DNA of 63,927 bases, filler included, from Sphacelaria rigidula (taxonomy: Eukaryota), in assembly GCA_964200075.2 (NCBI GenBank). It is 10 parts of 10 records of this genome, joined end to end, with 100 filler letters (N's around TTAATTAATTAA, not from the genome) between each part and the next. Parts side by side here need not be neighbours in the genome. Positions count along the whole stretch, not along the records: positions 19,210 to 25,512 come from CAXNAA020020909.1; positions 25,613 to 31,915 come from CAXNAA020020910.1; positions 32,016 to 38,318 come from CAXNAA020020911.1; 7 more parts are not named here. One strand, 5' to 3'. Below the pieces are notes generated by a model. It ran no database searches. It saw nothing but the letters and a program-made list of their open reading frames with translations, and was not told where the DNA came from. The position numbers and the translations under genes were made by a program. This document shows, one piece after another, positions 23,608 through 34,379 of the stretch (position 1 is the stretch's first letter; each line of letters opens with the position of its first letter).

Positions 23608-23821
23608 TGTAATGCGTGAGAGGACCGCGTGCTTAGAGGACCGCGCCGTAATTAATAAAAACACCTCAGTATCGACGTTTTTCAAAACCAATCGACCCAG
23701 TCCCTGCAAGTACCACGCCCCTGACTATATCGTTAACACTAACCCTGACCCTAACCCTAACCATAAGGATGTTCAAATTCCGATGCGGTCCTCTAAGCAC
23801 GCGATCCTCTTACGCATTACA
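23608..23821. mobile_element. 214-bp MITE with TGT..ACA ends, ~37-bp TIRs, 5-bp TSD and internal telomeric repeats
   Basis: TGTAATGCGTGAGAGGACCGCGTGCTTAGAGGACCGC at the left and its reverse complement (2 mismatches) at the right; TSD TGGTC; TAACCCTGACCCTAACCCTAACC at 23740-23762. Confidence 0.9.
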
Positions 23822-24365
23822 TGGTCGGTCTCCGCCACATGGCTTCGGCGTACAAGGTCTTGCGCAGAACCACACTCATACCCCGTTGTAGAAAACCAAA
23901 GGCCGTGGAAAGGAAAACATTGCAGCTCATCTCCTACAAACGTGAAAAGGGTATGAACCCTCTCATCTACGAAGAAACACAATGAAGCGAGGTACCACAC
24001 TGCTCTGCCATACACTGGCAGGAAAGAACACGTACATAGAGAGCGTAATGGGGAAGTGGAAGAACTGGGGAGGAGACTACAGAAGTGGTGAAGCAGAGAG
24101 AATTCAGGGCAGCAGAGCAGATACAGACACACAAAGAGGGCACCGCAGAGCCACCGACTAAGGAGACAATCAACAACCGATGTGAACAGACAGGATTCCT
24201 CGATTACCGGCCCTCGACGCAGCAGCCTCTCGTTTGCGACGGCGGTCCGGTTCTTGTTTGTCCGTGCGTCGCCACGTGTCCTCAAACTCTTCCGCTTCTT
24301 TTTCGGGTCCAGTATGCCATTTTCCCACCATGTTCTTCGCTGCAGTGACCCACTCGTATGCATCG

Positions 24366-24745
24366 TTAACTTCTACACCGTAGACGAGTCATTTCCGTCG
24401 GGCTGCTTTGTGCGGGACAGCTCCTGGTGCACGTGGGTTCTCCTGGAGGGTTTCCTCTCATTGCTTGGGGGGAGCGGCCGGTCTCCTTGGACCCTCGTGC
24501 GGTTAACCGTCCGCCCATGATGTGTTTGGGAAGGCGTGTTTCCTTCTGCCGGATGAAGGCTCCCGCGAAGCAGAGTTGACGTTTGCGGATAGTCGTCTTG
24601 ATACGTTCGCAGTTGGCCATCTCGAGCACCGCGCCGTACGAAAGAGTCATGTAGCCATTTCGATATTTCCTGCGCAATCCAACCACTCGCAGCAGGAGGC
24701 TGCGGTGGGCAGTCTGCAGACTGTTATTTTGTGTCTGGCCGTCCT
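24366..24745 (-). pseudogene. 5'-truncated LINE (RTE-like) ORF2 C-terminal fragment
   Basis: LQTAHRSLLLRVVGLRRKYRNGYMTLSYGAVLEMANCERIKTTIRKRQLCFAGAFIRQKETRLPKHIMGGRL..GR resembles the post-RT region of RTE elements. Confidence 0.8.
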
Positions 24746-25345
24746 AAAGTACCGTACGGATACGGGCGGGACGAGCGCGATACCCACGCGGTGAGAACAA
24801 AAAAGAGGGGGAAGTGCGGGAATCTGTAACCACGGCGCCGCGTCACGGAAAATCGCGCCAGTTGGCATGCTGCACTGTGCATGTGTGTTCGTATTCGCGT
24901 CTGCCATTTTTTCAGGAAATGTATTGCGTCACCGATAGGCATGGTGCCGAAACAGCATGAAGATCATATATATGCGGTACACAAATCAATGAAGCATTCA
25001 TTCCGTTGTAGCCTCAAGGTAAAACCGCCATTCAGATTACAAAATCTAACTGACCATTAAGTTTTATCCGACGTACGAGCAAAGAGAGACCGAAGAAAAA
25101 CAAAATGTTCGAAAACATCCTGTACACAAACTGCACAAGTACCGAATACCAAATATCGAATGAAAAATAACCTATCGACCGAGGCAACAATGGGTAAACA
25201 CGGATTGCAGAGCATCAAGGCTACCTATCTCATGACCCTACAGCATGAGGGCAGAAGACTGATCATGAACTCTTCCCCCATGAACACACAAAACACGAAA
25301 TACCACGCCCCGCGGTAAAACCTCAATAGCCATTACCGTCACAGG

Positions 25346-25512
25346 TGTAATCCGTGAGAGGACCGCGTGCTTAGATGGCCGCGCCATAGTTCAAAGCACC
25401 TCAGGATCGACGTTTTTCAAAACCAATCGGGTCAGTCCCTGGAGGTACCACGTCCCTGACCATAACCCCAACACTAACCCTAACCCTAACCCTAACCATA
25501 AGGATGTTCAAA
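25346..25512. mobile_element. Second copy of the telomere-repeat MITE, truncated at the contig end
   Basis: Same left TIR and body; (CTAACC)4 at ~25474-25497. Confidence 0.88.
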
Positions 25513-26825
25513 NNNNNNNNNNNNNNNNNNNNNNNNNNNNNNNNNNNNNNNNNNNNTTAATTAATTAANNNNNNNNNNNNNNNNNNNNNNNNNNNNNNNN
25601 NNNNNNNNNNNNGGAACCCCGGATATTTGGCGAAGAAAAAAAAAACGCATCCATCGAAAGTTTCGCAACATTTCACAGCACACGTGTACGAAGTTTCAGG
25701 GTCTACATCAGATCTAAAAACCCACGGGAAAAATCGCGCGCGCGTGCGTTAAACTCAACAAATGTAGGCAAAATCCTCTGATTGCTAGATGGTATAATAG
25801 TATGCTACCGACCTTTTTCTAGTACGTTCAAACTTGCATCGATCGCTTGGAATCAGTTTTTGGAGTTACACCGCAAAACTTTGTACAGACTTTCTTGGAC
25901 TACCTCGGGACGACCATGAGTTGTATTTTTGTTTCTAGGCATGCTGGATCGGTTTCTGGGGGTCTTCACACCGGGATCCCCAGGCGATGGTAGAGAGCGG
26001 AAAATGCAGAAAGTGAAATATTTGCGCACTTTGTTTTCCCCCCGTTTGGAGCACCCATATCTACCAAACAGTCAGGATTGAGGGTAATCGGAGCTTTTCT
26101 ACGACAGGTATAAGGTTAACCGTCACGAGGCATTCTGGGTCCTTGATTCCTATCATTAGTGGAAATCCAACGACGCCAAAACCCAACATCATCGAAATAC
26201 CACGGTTTCGGGTATAACTCGATTCCATACAAACCGTCTTCAAATGTGCTTTTTGCGCCAGAATCCCTAGCTGATGGAGGTCACTAAGCTCTTATTCATC
26301 ATGAAATTGAGTGAAAATTGTGTCGAGAATACGCATGTTTAATGTCAGAACAATTTTGAGGCCCCTGATTGGCCGAGAAACATTTCAATAATTTTACCAG
26401 CACCACAGGAAAATTCTGACCATGTCACATTGCTCGCTTGCTCGTGGGGGTCAATGTTACATGATACCACATGTGTTTCCTATCGGGTCAGTTCTACGTT
26501 CTGTATTTATTGGGGAGTAAATTGTGGGCATTCGCCTTGGACCAGCCTGTACGGTGAGATTACGCCTGACAGACCGGTACTATGGTACTGTACCAAGTAC
26601 TGCTCTACAATACGTGCAGTTATGCCCGTGAGTGGGGCCCGATTTTGGGCACTATAAATACAGGGAAAATGGACCGAACAACTACGCGGTCAGTTGAATG
26701 CAGAAGAAATTAAACCTGAATGAATCAATCAGTATCAATCACAAGTACACGCGTCACTCGAAATGACGACGGCGCTCATACAAAACGTGCTATTGCTGTA
26801 GTACATTCTACAAGAGTCCCGTGAC

Positions 26826-28088
26826 TAGGCTTTTACTTAATATGCTAGTAAGGTCATTTTTCTATGCTAGTAATGTCACCAAAAATTATGCTCGTGAAGT
26901 GGAATTTATGCTCGATTTTTGCTCGCAACGAAGAACTTATGCTCGATTATGCTCGTAATACCCAACGACGATTCCATTTGCGACCGGAAACAAGACCCAC
27001 CGATCACTACTTATTGTTACTATTATTATGTTAGTCACTATAGCTCGATCTCTCGAACCCGTGGTCACAGAGTGCAAGGAGCATACCACCCATCCCCATG
27101 AACCAAGCAGCCCGCAGAGGAAGGCGAACAAAACATCCACACGAAAAAGGGCACACTGCTGTATACGAATGTTTTATATGTACTGGTATGAAATACTACC
27201 TACCTGCATCAGTACGACTGAATGCCGAATTCTCCTGTTGTCGTACACGGTGCATCATTGTATATCGTCGCGCACTCTCTGTACTGCATCTTGTGATATA
27301 CGCCGCCCCTCAACTGCCGTATCGACAAGACATATGACAGGCAACCTGCTGATTCGAACATCAATCACAATCTGGCACAATGAGTGAGCGTTGTACGCAT
27401 CTCGTCGCCACACTCAAAATGACAAATCACGAAATCACATGATGTGTTCACTTGTCGCCTGTCCCACGTCGAGGAACTCGTGTCCAAGGACAACGACAAA
27501 CGAAAAAATGGTCCTTGATTGATAAATGATTGGTAGATTGATTGTTTCGCATGAACCGATGCCGCTTCGAATCCGGCCGAGGTCGCAAGATGGGTACAAC
27601 CCAGGAAACAAGGTGCAAAAAAGGAAATGTGCAAGGGGGTAGAAATTGGGAAAACTACTGGAGGAGACAAGGAGAAATAAGTAGCCTGAAGACATACAAA
27701 ATCAAAACACGCGAAAAACATGGGAAGCCAAGATCCGCTGCCGTGCTGCGTGCTGTACGCCGTGCACAACAGACTACAGACCGTACAGTACGTTGTTCGC
27801 GCTTATGTTTTGTGTCGTGTGCTTTTATGATAACGTTTTCGGTGTGCGATCGATCAGACTGTCAGTTTGAATGACTAGTTCCAGAGCATACGCAGACCCG
27901 CGGTCGACGATAGCAGAGTTTTTCGCCAAAAATATCACAGCAGGCTAGCATTTAGACCCGTGTTCCCACGCCTGCGGTAGAAAATTATGCTCGATTATGC
28001 TGTTTGCTGATACGCTATGCTATTTTTGCTACCAACGTGGAATTATGCCAGAAACTATGCTAGCTGAATAAGTACGAGTAAAAGCCTA
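26826..28088. mobile_element. Non-autonomous hAT element with nested non-LTR tails
   Basis: Perfect 12-bp TIR TAGGCTTTTACT/AGTAAAAGCCTA; 8-bp TSD CCCGTGAC/CTTGTGAC (6/8); TATGCT subterminal repeats at both ends. Confidence 0.8.
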
Positions 28089-28489
28089 CTTGTGACTGAC
28101 GTTGCTGTACACCTGTGCACAGGGTTAAAACAACAGGAGGATAGAAGCTGCTGGTGGTGGTGTTGTGCTCTTGTTGTAGTATGTTATTGTACTCATCTTT
28201 CACGAAGGAAGTTTTTGCTGTGCTACCACTAGAGCTCCCTCAGTGCCTACCGAGGACCCTCAAAAAGTAACCACTGGTTCATCGGGAGGTACACTCACTA
28301 GTACGTCTGCGGTTTCTCCCAACAGCTGTGGTGGTTATCTATGAGTGTGCCTGAGGTTGTTTTTTTTAGTTGCCCCCCGCCCGGTGGCCTTGCGAATCCC
28401 TTTCTGTCATCTGCCTTTTCTTGTCTTGCCTTTTATTTCCCTTTTCTGTCGGTGTGCTTTTCTTAGCAGATCTATTTTTTTTTTTGTTC

Positions 28490-28737
28490 ACCCCATTGAA
28501 CTCGGGGAAGCTACTTCTCATGTTTTTCTTGGCGTCTCTCTTCTTATTTTCATTTTGGCAATATTTAAGTTAATTGCGTTTGTTCATGTAATTAGGCTGG
28601 AGTCTCTGAAAAAATGATGGGGGACTCTATGTCTTGTAAGGAATAGCAGGGATGGTATTGGAAAGACGAGCCTACGTCTGTGACCACGGGTTTGAGAGAT
28701 CGGATAAATATGCGGAAATAATAATAAATAATAAATT
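28490..28737 (+). mobile_element. Non-LTR 3' tail, family D variant
   Basis: TTGAACTCGGGGAAGCTACTTCTCA...CGAGCCTACGTCTGTGACCACGGGTTTGAGAGATCG followed by an (AAT)n tail. Confidence 0.65.
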
Positions 28738-30758
28738 TCAACGCAAATTTCTCGGTAACGAAGCAGAGGATTGGACTGCGGTTTGATGCGTGCGCTTCTC
28801 ACCCACCATAATTATTCAGTGTCGCGGCGGATTTCCATAACGCGTGCCGCGGAGCCCGCAGCACTTTGCAAACTGCCAAAATGTATTTAAAAACATGTTT
28901 TCTTTAACGCCCTGGGGCTTGTCGGATCCGCTGTGGCGCATTGAGCAAATCCGCCCCGTCACTGAACAGGTCTAGTGTGTGTGCGGGGGGCTGTCAAGTG
29001 CCACAGGCCGGTTGCTTCCGGTCTCGGGAAAAATGCGATGAAAAAATTACAGCTGTCGCATACTATTTGATAGACCTAGATAACTTGGGATGGAGCGTGT
29101 GTTTTGTTCGGCAGAGATTCGGCAGAGGTTCGGCGCAGGTCCGATCAGTCAATGGCGTCTTCAATACGTCTTTAATATCCCTCCGCATTCGTTTTATTTT
29201 TTGTTGACAACGGGTTTTTGATCGGTAAGGCCTTCATTCACTAACATAACAGTGCTGCATCGCAGATTGCAATGCACTCTCCACTCGTCCTACTGACAGT
29301 GCTGTGCTGCACTGGAGCACTTCCTGGGCTTTGCTGCATGTGCCGAGAAGCTGCGACACCTGGTCGTCAGCACATTTGTACCCACCAGGTAAAAGTCAGA
29401 GGAAGCGGGCTGCGGAGCGTTCACCCGAGTGCGGATCGTCTGTTCATGAGCTCACAAATATGTGGTTCCAAGACTTACGCCCAAAACGTCATGACTTTAT
29501 TGTGGTGAAGAACGAACGTGAAACCGTCAGAATGCGCGTGCGACTGACAGAACTGACGTTTGTACACGAAACAACATGAAAACCAGAATTTCATCCAGTA
29601 TCCTTGTATGTCAGAATGGCCCCACTGATGTGTGTATGTGGAGGTCTCGTTTAAACGGCATATTCCACGAATCAACGAAAGAAGACGAAGACAAGTGGAG
29701 CGTATCCTCCCTGTCGCCCCTGATACAGGGGCAAACTTGCCGCCATAGAGTATTCAACAGGCTTTGACACACGCTTACCGACTTCTGTCCTCTGCACATC
29801 GACCGTTAGCTCAACCGTTATTACAGAAGCGTGCTTCTGCGGATATGCTGCGGCTCAAGTGCCAATATACGTGCGGGGTGACCTACAGGAAGGTCAGCAT
29901 GATAGCAGCCTCACCTCTTCTTCCATGTGCTCCCATTCATCACCGACTCTTGCATTCACCTCTTCCCACCCTTTTCCTCCTCCACTCCCGGCCGCTAATG
30001 CTGTTGTCGTTGGACGGTGGCTGCTGAGGTACAGAGCCTTCGCGATGTTCAACTCGTGACGACGTCGATGATCATGACGACTGTCTTGTGTCGGAGATAT
30101 GAGATGACCACGGTAAGCATTTGCCGTGGTTATGAGCAAGGAGAGTATTCCCAGAGCACGCTGTCCACGGTAGCAGCATTGCAGCGCTGATGCCAACATT
30201 TGATGGTGTGCAGCCTTGTGATGACAGCATGCCGGATCGGCCAAGCGTCGCGTTTCGAGCTGCTGCCGTAGGGTAGACGGTTACGTATTCAGCACATGTT
30301 AGAAACAAACACCTTTTTGGTACTCGTATTCGATTCGATTTAGCGTAATTCAGGTCCCGTTTGTTGTACTGTACCAGGTGCATCTTGTGGATTGTGCATG
30401 CTGATAGATCTTGTGTTGTTGTGCTCTTATATAAGATGAACCAATAGAATAATTGAAGCCAAAAATAATTTCCACACAATTTTTAGTATAATTTCAACAT
30501 TATTTAAAATTGAGTTCGATGTTGTTGCAGCGATGCATATGGAAGTGCATGATGCCCTAGAATTTGATCAAAAGATTACGGCAAAATCTGAGCTCACCAC
30601 AGTATATCGAACAAAAGGCGGCGGGTCTGAGATTACATACAAGGTACACCACTTCATGAGTTGGAAAATGATGTGAGGTACCGCGAATAGTCGAGATCGA
30701 TTCCTACCACGGCCGCCGTCAACGTTGCTACTTCCTGTGCCCCGGTATCACACGAAGC

Positions 30759-30854
30759 ATGCACTCTTTCACGGCAGTATCAGCAGCGTGTGGAGCCCTT
30801 GTGGCGGCATGCAATGGAGCCGAGGCGTTCGTCGCGCCCACCCTTCCTGCGAAG
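30759..30854 (+). CDS. Probable first exon of a nuclear-encoded plastid-targeted protein (signal peptide + ASA-F motif)
   Basis: ATG..MHSFTAVSAACGALVAACNGAEA-FVAPTLPAK followed by an AAG|GTGAGA donor. Confidence 0.5.
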
Positions 30855-31719
30855 GTGAGAACCACTCGGCAGATATGATCATCACATCCGAGATCATGCA
30901 CATCAACCAGGGAGAACTGACTGCATTACGGAGCTCTTGTGTCTAAAATAGTGTACTGTTCTGCTGTACTGTTGTGCATGCTTGGGCATGATGCGTTTGT
31001 CATGTATCGCGCAGAGAGACAGAGCAATTCGTCGATGGATCTATGCACATGACTGGAAGCTTGTGTCGGGGTGGTTTCCTGTCTTTATTGCAAACTTGTT
31101 TCGAGTTTTTTGCCGGAAGCCTCTGGTGCGCGTATAATGCGTAGCTCGTCAGAAGCGTCGAAGATCGTCCTTACTTTTTCTGACTCGTGTGTCAACTGAG
31201 GTCAATCGGCCTGCCTGTCAGCTGGTCGTCTTCTGTCGTGCTGTGTGATGCTGGTTCGTGCCGTATCTTTATCTTTGGAGCAGCAGTGAAGGCTTTGATC
31301 TTCCTATAAGCTGTCGTCTCTGCAATTTGTTGTTTCGACTCTCTCTGTGTTACTTTTTGTCTCGTCCGCTCATAACCTCGACCGTTGAGTCGCAAGCTTG
31401 GTGATAGTTTCTCCAGACACTTACTTTCCCTCAACCCACGCAGAGGATTGCAATACACCCCCGTGTTGTACAGTACTCTACTGTACTGTGTCATGTGCCG
31501 TGCAGCACTACAGGGCGCTTCCTCATCTGTGTGGTGTCCGTGTGCATGTTGCTTGAATTCAGAGCAGCAATCAAAGCCTGTGGATCCTTACTCTCTTCTC
31601 AGAACTGACATTACTAGTGATTACAGTCACCATAGTTGGTTCCTATATTGCCCATCCATGAGTTCGACTCAGCACTGGACTCTGACTGTCCCGTCTAGGG
31701 TTCCTGTCACCCACCCTAG

Positions 31720-31780
31720 TTTGTGTGTTGTGTTGTCGTCCCATTTATTCTGGACGCCGGTCTCTACACCTTTCGGTATT
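31720..31780 (-). mobile_element. SINE family A 3' fragment
   Basis: TGTGTTGTCGTCCCATTTATTCTGGACGCCGGTCTCTACACCTTTCGGTAT. Confidence 0.65.
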
Positions 31781-32015
31781 GGAGAGTTTCGGGGGGGAAA
31801 GCAGATCTCGGGGATAAAAGCGAGAACGACTGGATTATTTACGCTTAAACCCCAGGTTTGTTTTTATTTATTTTTACCACGTAGGTGTGGACCGTGGCCA
31901 ACTTTTCAGGGTTTANNNNNNNNNNNNNNNNNNNNNNNNNNNNNNNNNNNNNNNNNNNNTTAATTAATTAANNNNNNNNNNNNNNNNNNNNNNNNNNNNN
32001 NNNNNNNNNNNNNNN

Positions 32016-34379
32016 CGAACCAACCATGTCAGCGCGGAGCAGTCTGTGACTAGTATACTTCCTCCCTGCTAGATACGGTCTAAAGTGTTGGACCCCTCAT
32101 ATCACGGCCATACATCCCCTCTCCGTGGGTGCTCGACACGAGTCTGCACGTGAAAACCGATGACTCGCGAATGCGATGATGCGGGAGTCGTTTCCCACTG
32201 GCTGAAGAACGGTGGCCCCCGCACCCGCTGTGCTGGCGTCGGTCTGCAATTCGAACGTGCTATTCATGTCGGGGAAAGCAAGGATCGTTGGTGATGCTAG
32301 GGGAGACTTTAGTGTCTGGAACGCTGTTTCCTGCTCATCACCCCACGGGGTGGTTAACTTTCGTGCACGACGGGAGGAAAATTCTTTGTTGCGAAGAATG
32401 TTGATCAACGGGGCGACTATTATGCTGTACTTCTCGACAAACTGTCTGAGATACCCGGTGAGTCCGAGAAACGAACGGAGTTCCTCAACAGTGCATGGAC
32501 GTGGCATCTTAGCGACTGCGGTGAGTTCGGACGGGGCCGGTTGTATCCCTGTGCTATCGAACAACATGCCAAGAAATTCCTGAGACGGTGCTGCAAAGCT
32601 GCACTTGGCAAAGTTAACCGAGAATCTTGTAGTCGACAATCGTTGCAAGATTATGGTTAGTAGTGCCAAGTGCTCATTCCATGTGGGGCTGGCTATGCGG
32701 ATGTCATCTAGCCAGCTGTGTACACCGGTCAGGTTGCCTATCGTTGATTTTACCCTACGAGTGAATGCTGCCGGGAGTACTGTCAGTCCGAAACCCGCCC
32801 TGGTAAACTCAAAGAATAGGCCGTCCGCATCTCTGAACGCCGTCTTGTGGCGGTCTTTTTCGGCGATCTCGATTTGGTGGAATCCTGAGGCTAGATCTAG
32901 TTGCGTGGAATATCTCTTGCCTTTGAGACCATCAAATATAGACTGCATGTCACCCAGCCCTCCGCTATCAGACACTAAAAGCTTGTTCGGAACACGCCAG
33001 TCGATGCACAGGCGAAAGGTACCGTCTTTTTTCTTGACACAAAGACATTGTGCGGCCCATGGAGAGGTTGAGGGGCGGATGACTTCGCGGTCAAGAAGCT
33101 TATGAATTTCTGCCCTGATCATTCGGCGTTCTTCCGGCGAGAAGCGGCGTTGTTTTGCGGCGAAAGGTGTGCTACTTTCGTCGATCAATGGTAATCCTAG
33201 CTCACCATTATTGCAGGCTGGCACTCGCTTGGGATCCGTGGGAAACAATCCTGCTTCCACGAAATCCCGTAGGACGCGCACCAGTTCCGCCTTCTCTGCT
33301 CCCCCTAGTTGTCCTATGTTTGCATCCGACATACGGATCTGGCTAGGTTCTGAGAGAAGTTGACCACGCTCAAGGCACGAGGGGGGTGCGGGCACGGTAG
33401 GTTGGCCTACCGTTGATGGTGTGTCGTCGAAAAGTGAGTGAAAGCGAGCAGGATCGCGCACGTTGAGGGCTATCAAGCGCGTGATTGTTCCGCGTGTCTT
33501 CACTTCGGCTTTATCCTTACCTCTATTTACTAACTTACAGTAAACTGGACACCCTGGTACCCACCACAACACTCCTTTGGCTACCCCTACCAACGCTTCA
33601 CCGTCGAGGTCGTACTTAGCCAAGGGCAGGATCAGCACTAGCTGCTTATCCTGGGGTTGGGGTCCCATGACGACTGATTCCACCGCCATGCTCACAAATC
33701 CATCGATGGTGACGGAACGCTCGGCCAGCTTGATGTTCCACTCCCTCGTGCCGTCGTCTTCCCAGGCAATGTCGCTGTAGCTGGGGAACTTACTGGGCGC
33801 GGCAAGAGGCATGGCTAGCGAACAGACTTCGTTCAGCGTTTCAAGGGCCGACATGTTCGGTTTAGCATGTCGGGGGCTATCATTGGTCAAAAACGGGATC
33901 CACGGTGCGGACGGGGTAGGACGAAACCCTCCTGTGGCTTTGAACTCGAGAGTGCTACGGTTTGTCATGAAAAACTCTGCCCCAAGAATGAACCCGTAAG
34001 GTAGGTCCTCTACCACCCTGACCGTTACTTCACGAACGCGAGTATCCTTAGCGAACAGGATAGGTATCACGACTGATCCAACTATAGACATCGGGGGTAC
34101 CTTGTTCCGTGAGGGGTTGGCAGCGCGAAGGGCGCCAGCATTGTTCGTGTGCATCTTGGCATGTATGACTTCTGCTTTTATGAGGCAACGCCACAAAAAC
34201 CCAGTCACGCAATTGCCCCCACCTGCCCTGGTGTCCAACAGTACCTCGAGTGGCCACGACTTCCGAGCCCGGTTCCGGTGCCAGATCTCTCCCACCACCC
34301 ACAGTTGGTTACCAAGACGGCTCGCGATGACTGCCAAGTCCTCCTCCAGCAAGTTCCCCAGAATACCTGGGGCATCACC
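32016..34379 (-). pseudogene. Ty3/Gypsy family 2 pol (protease-RT-RNase H), cut at the contig end
   Basis: VLLDTRAG (degenerate DTG), SPWAAQCLCVKKKDGTFRLCIDWR, LDLASGFHQI, WLDD, FELQTDAS. After the stop at 32097 the frame continues as GVQHFRPYLAGRKYTLVTDCSAL. Confidence 0.92.

Noticed and set aside
29380..29770. Coding-looking stretch (MWFQDLRPKRHDFIVVKNERE...)
   Set aside because: Interrupted by a stop and a frameshift, and not identifiable by eye.
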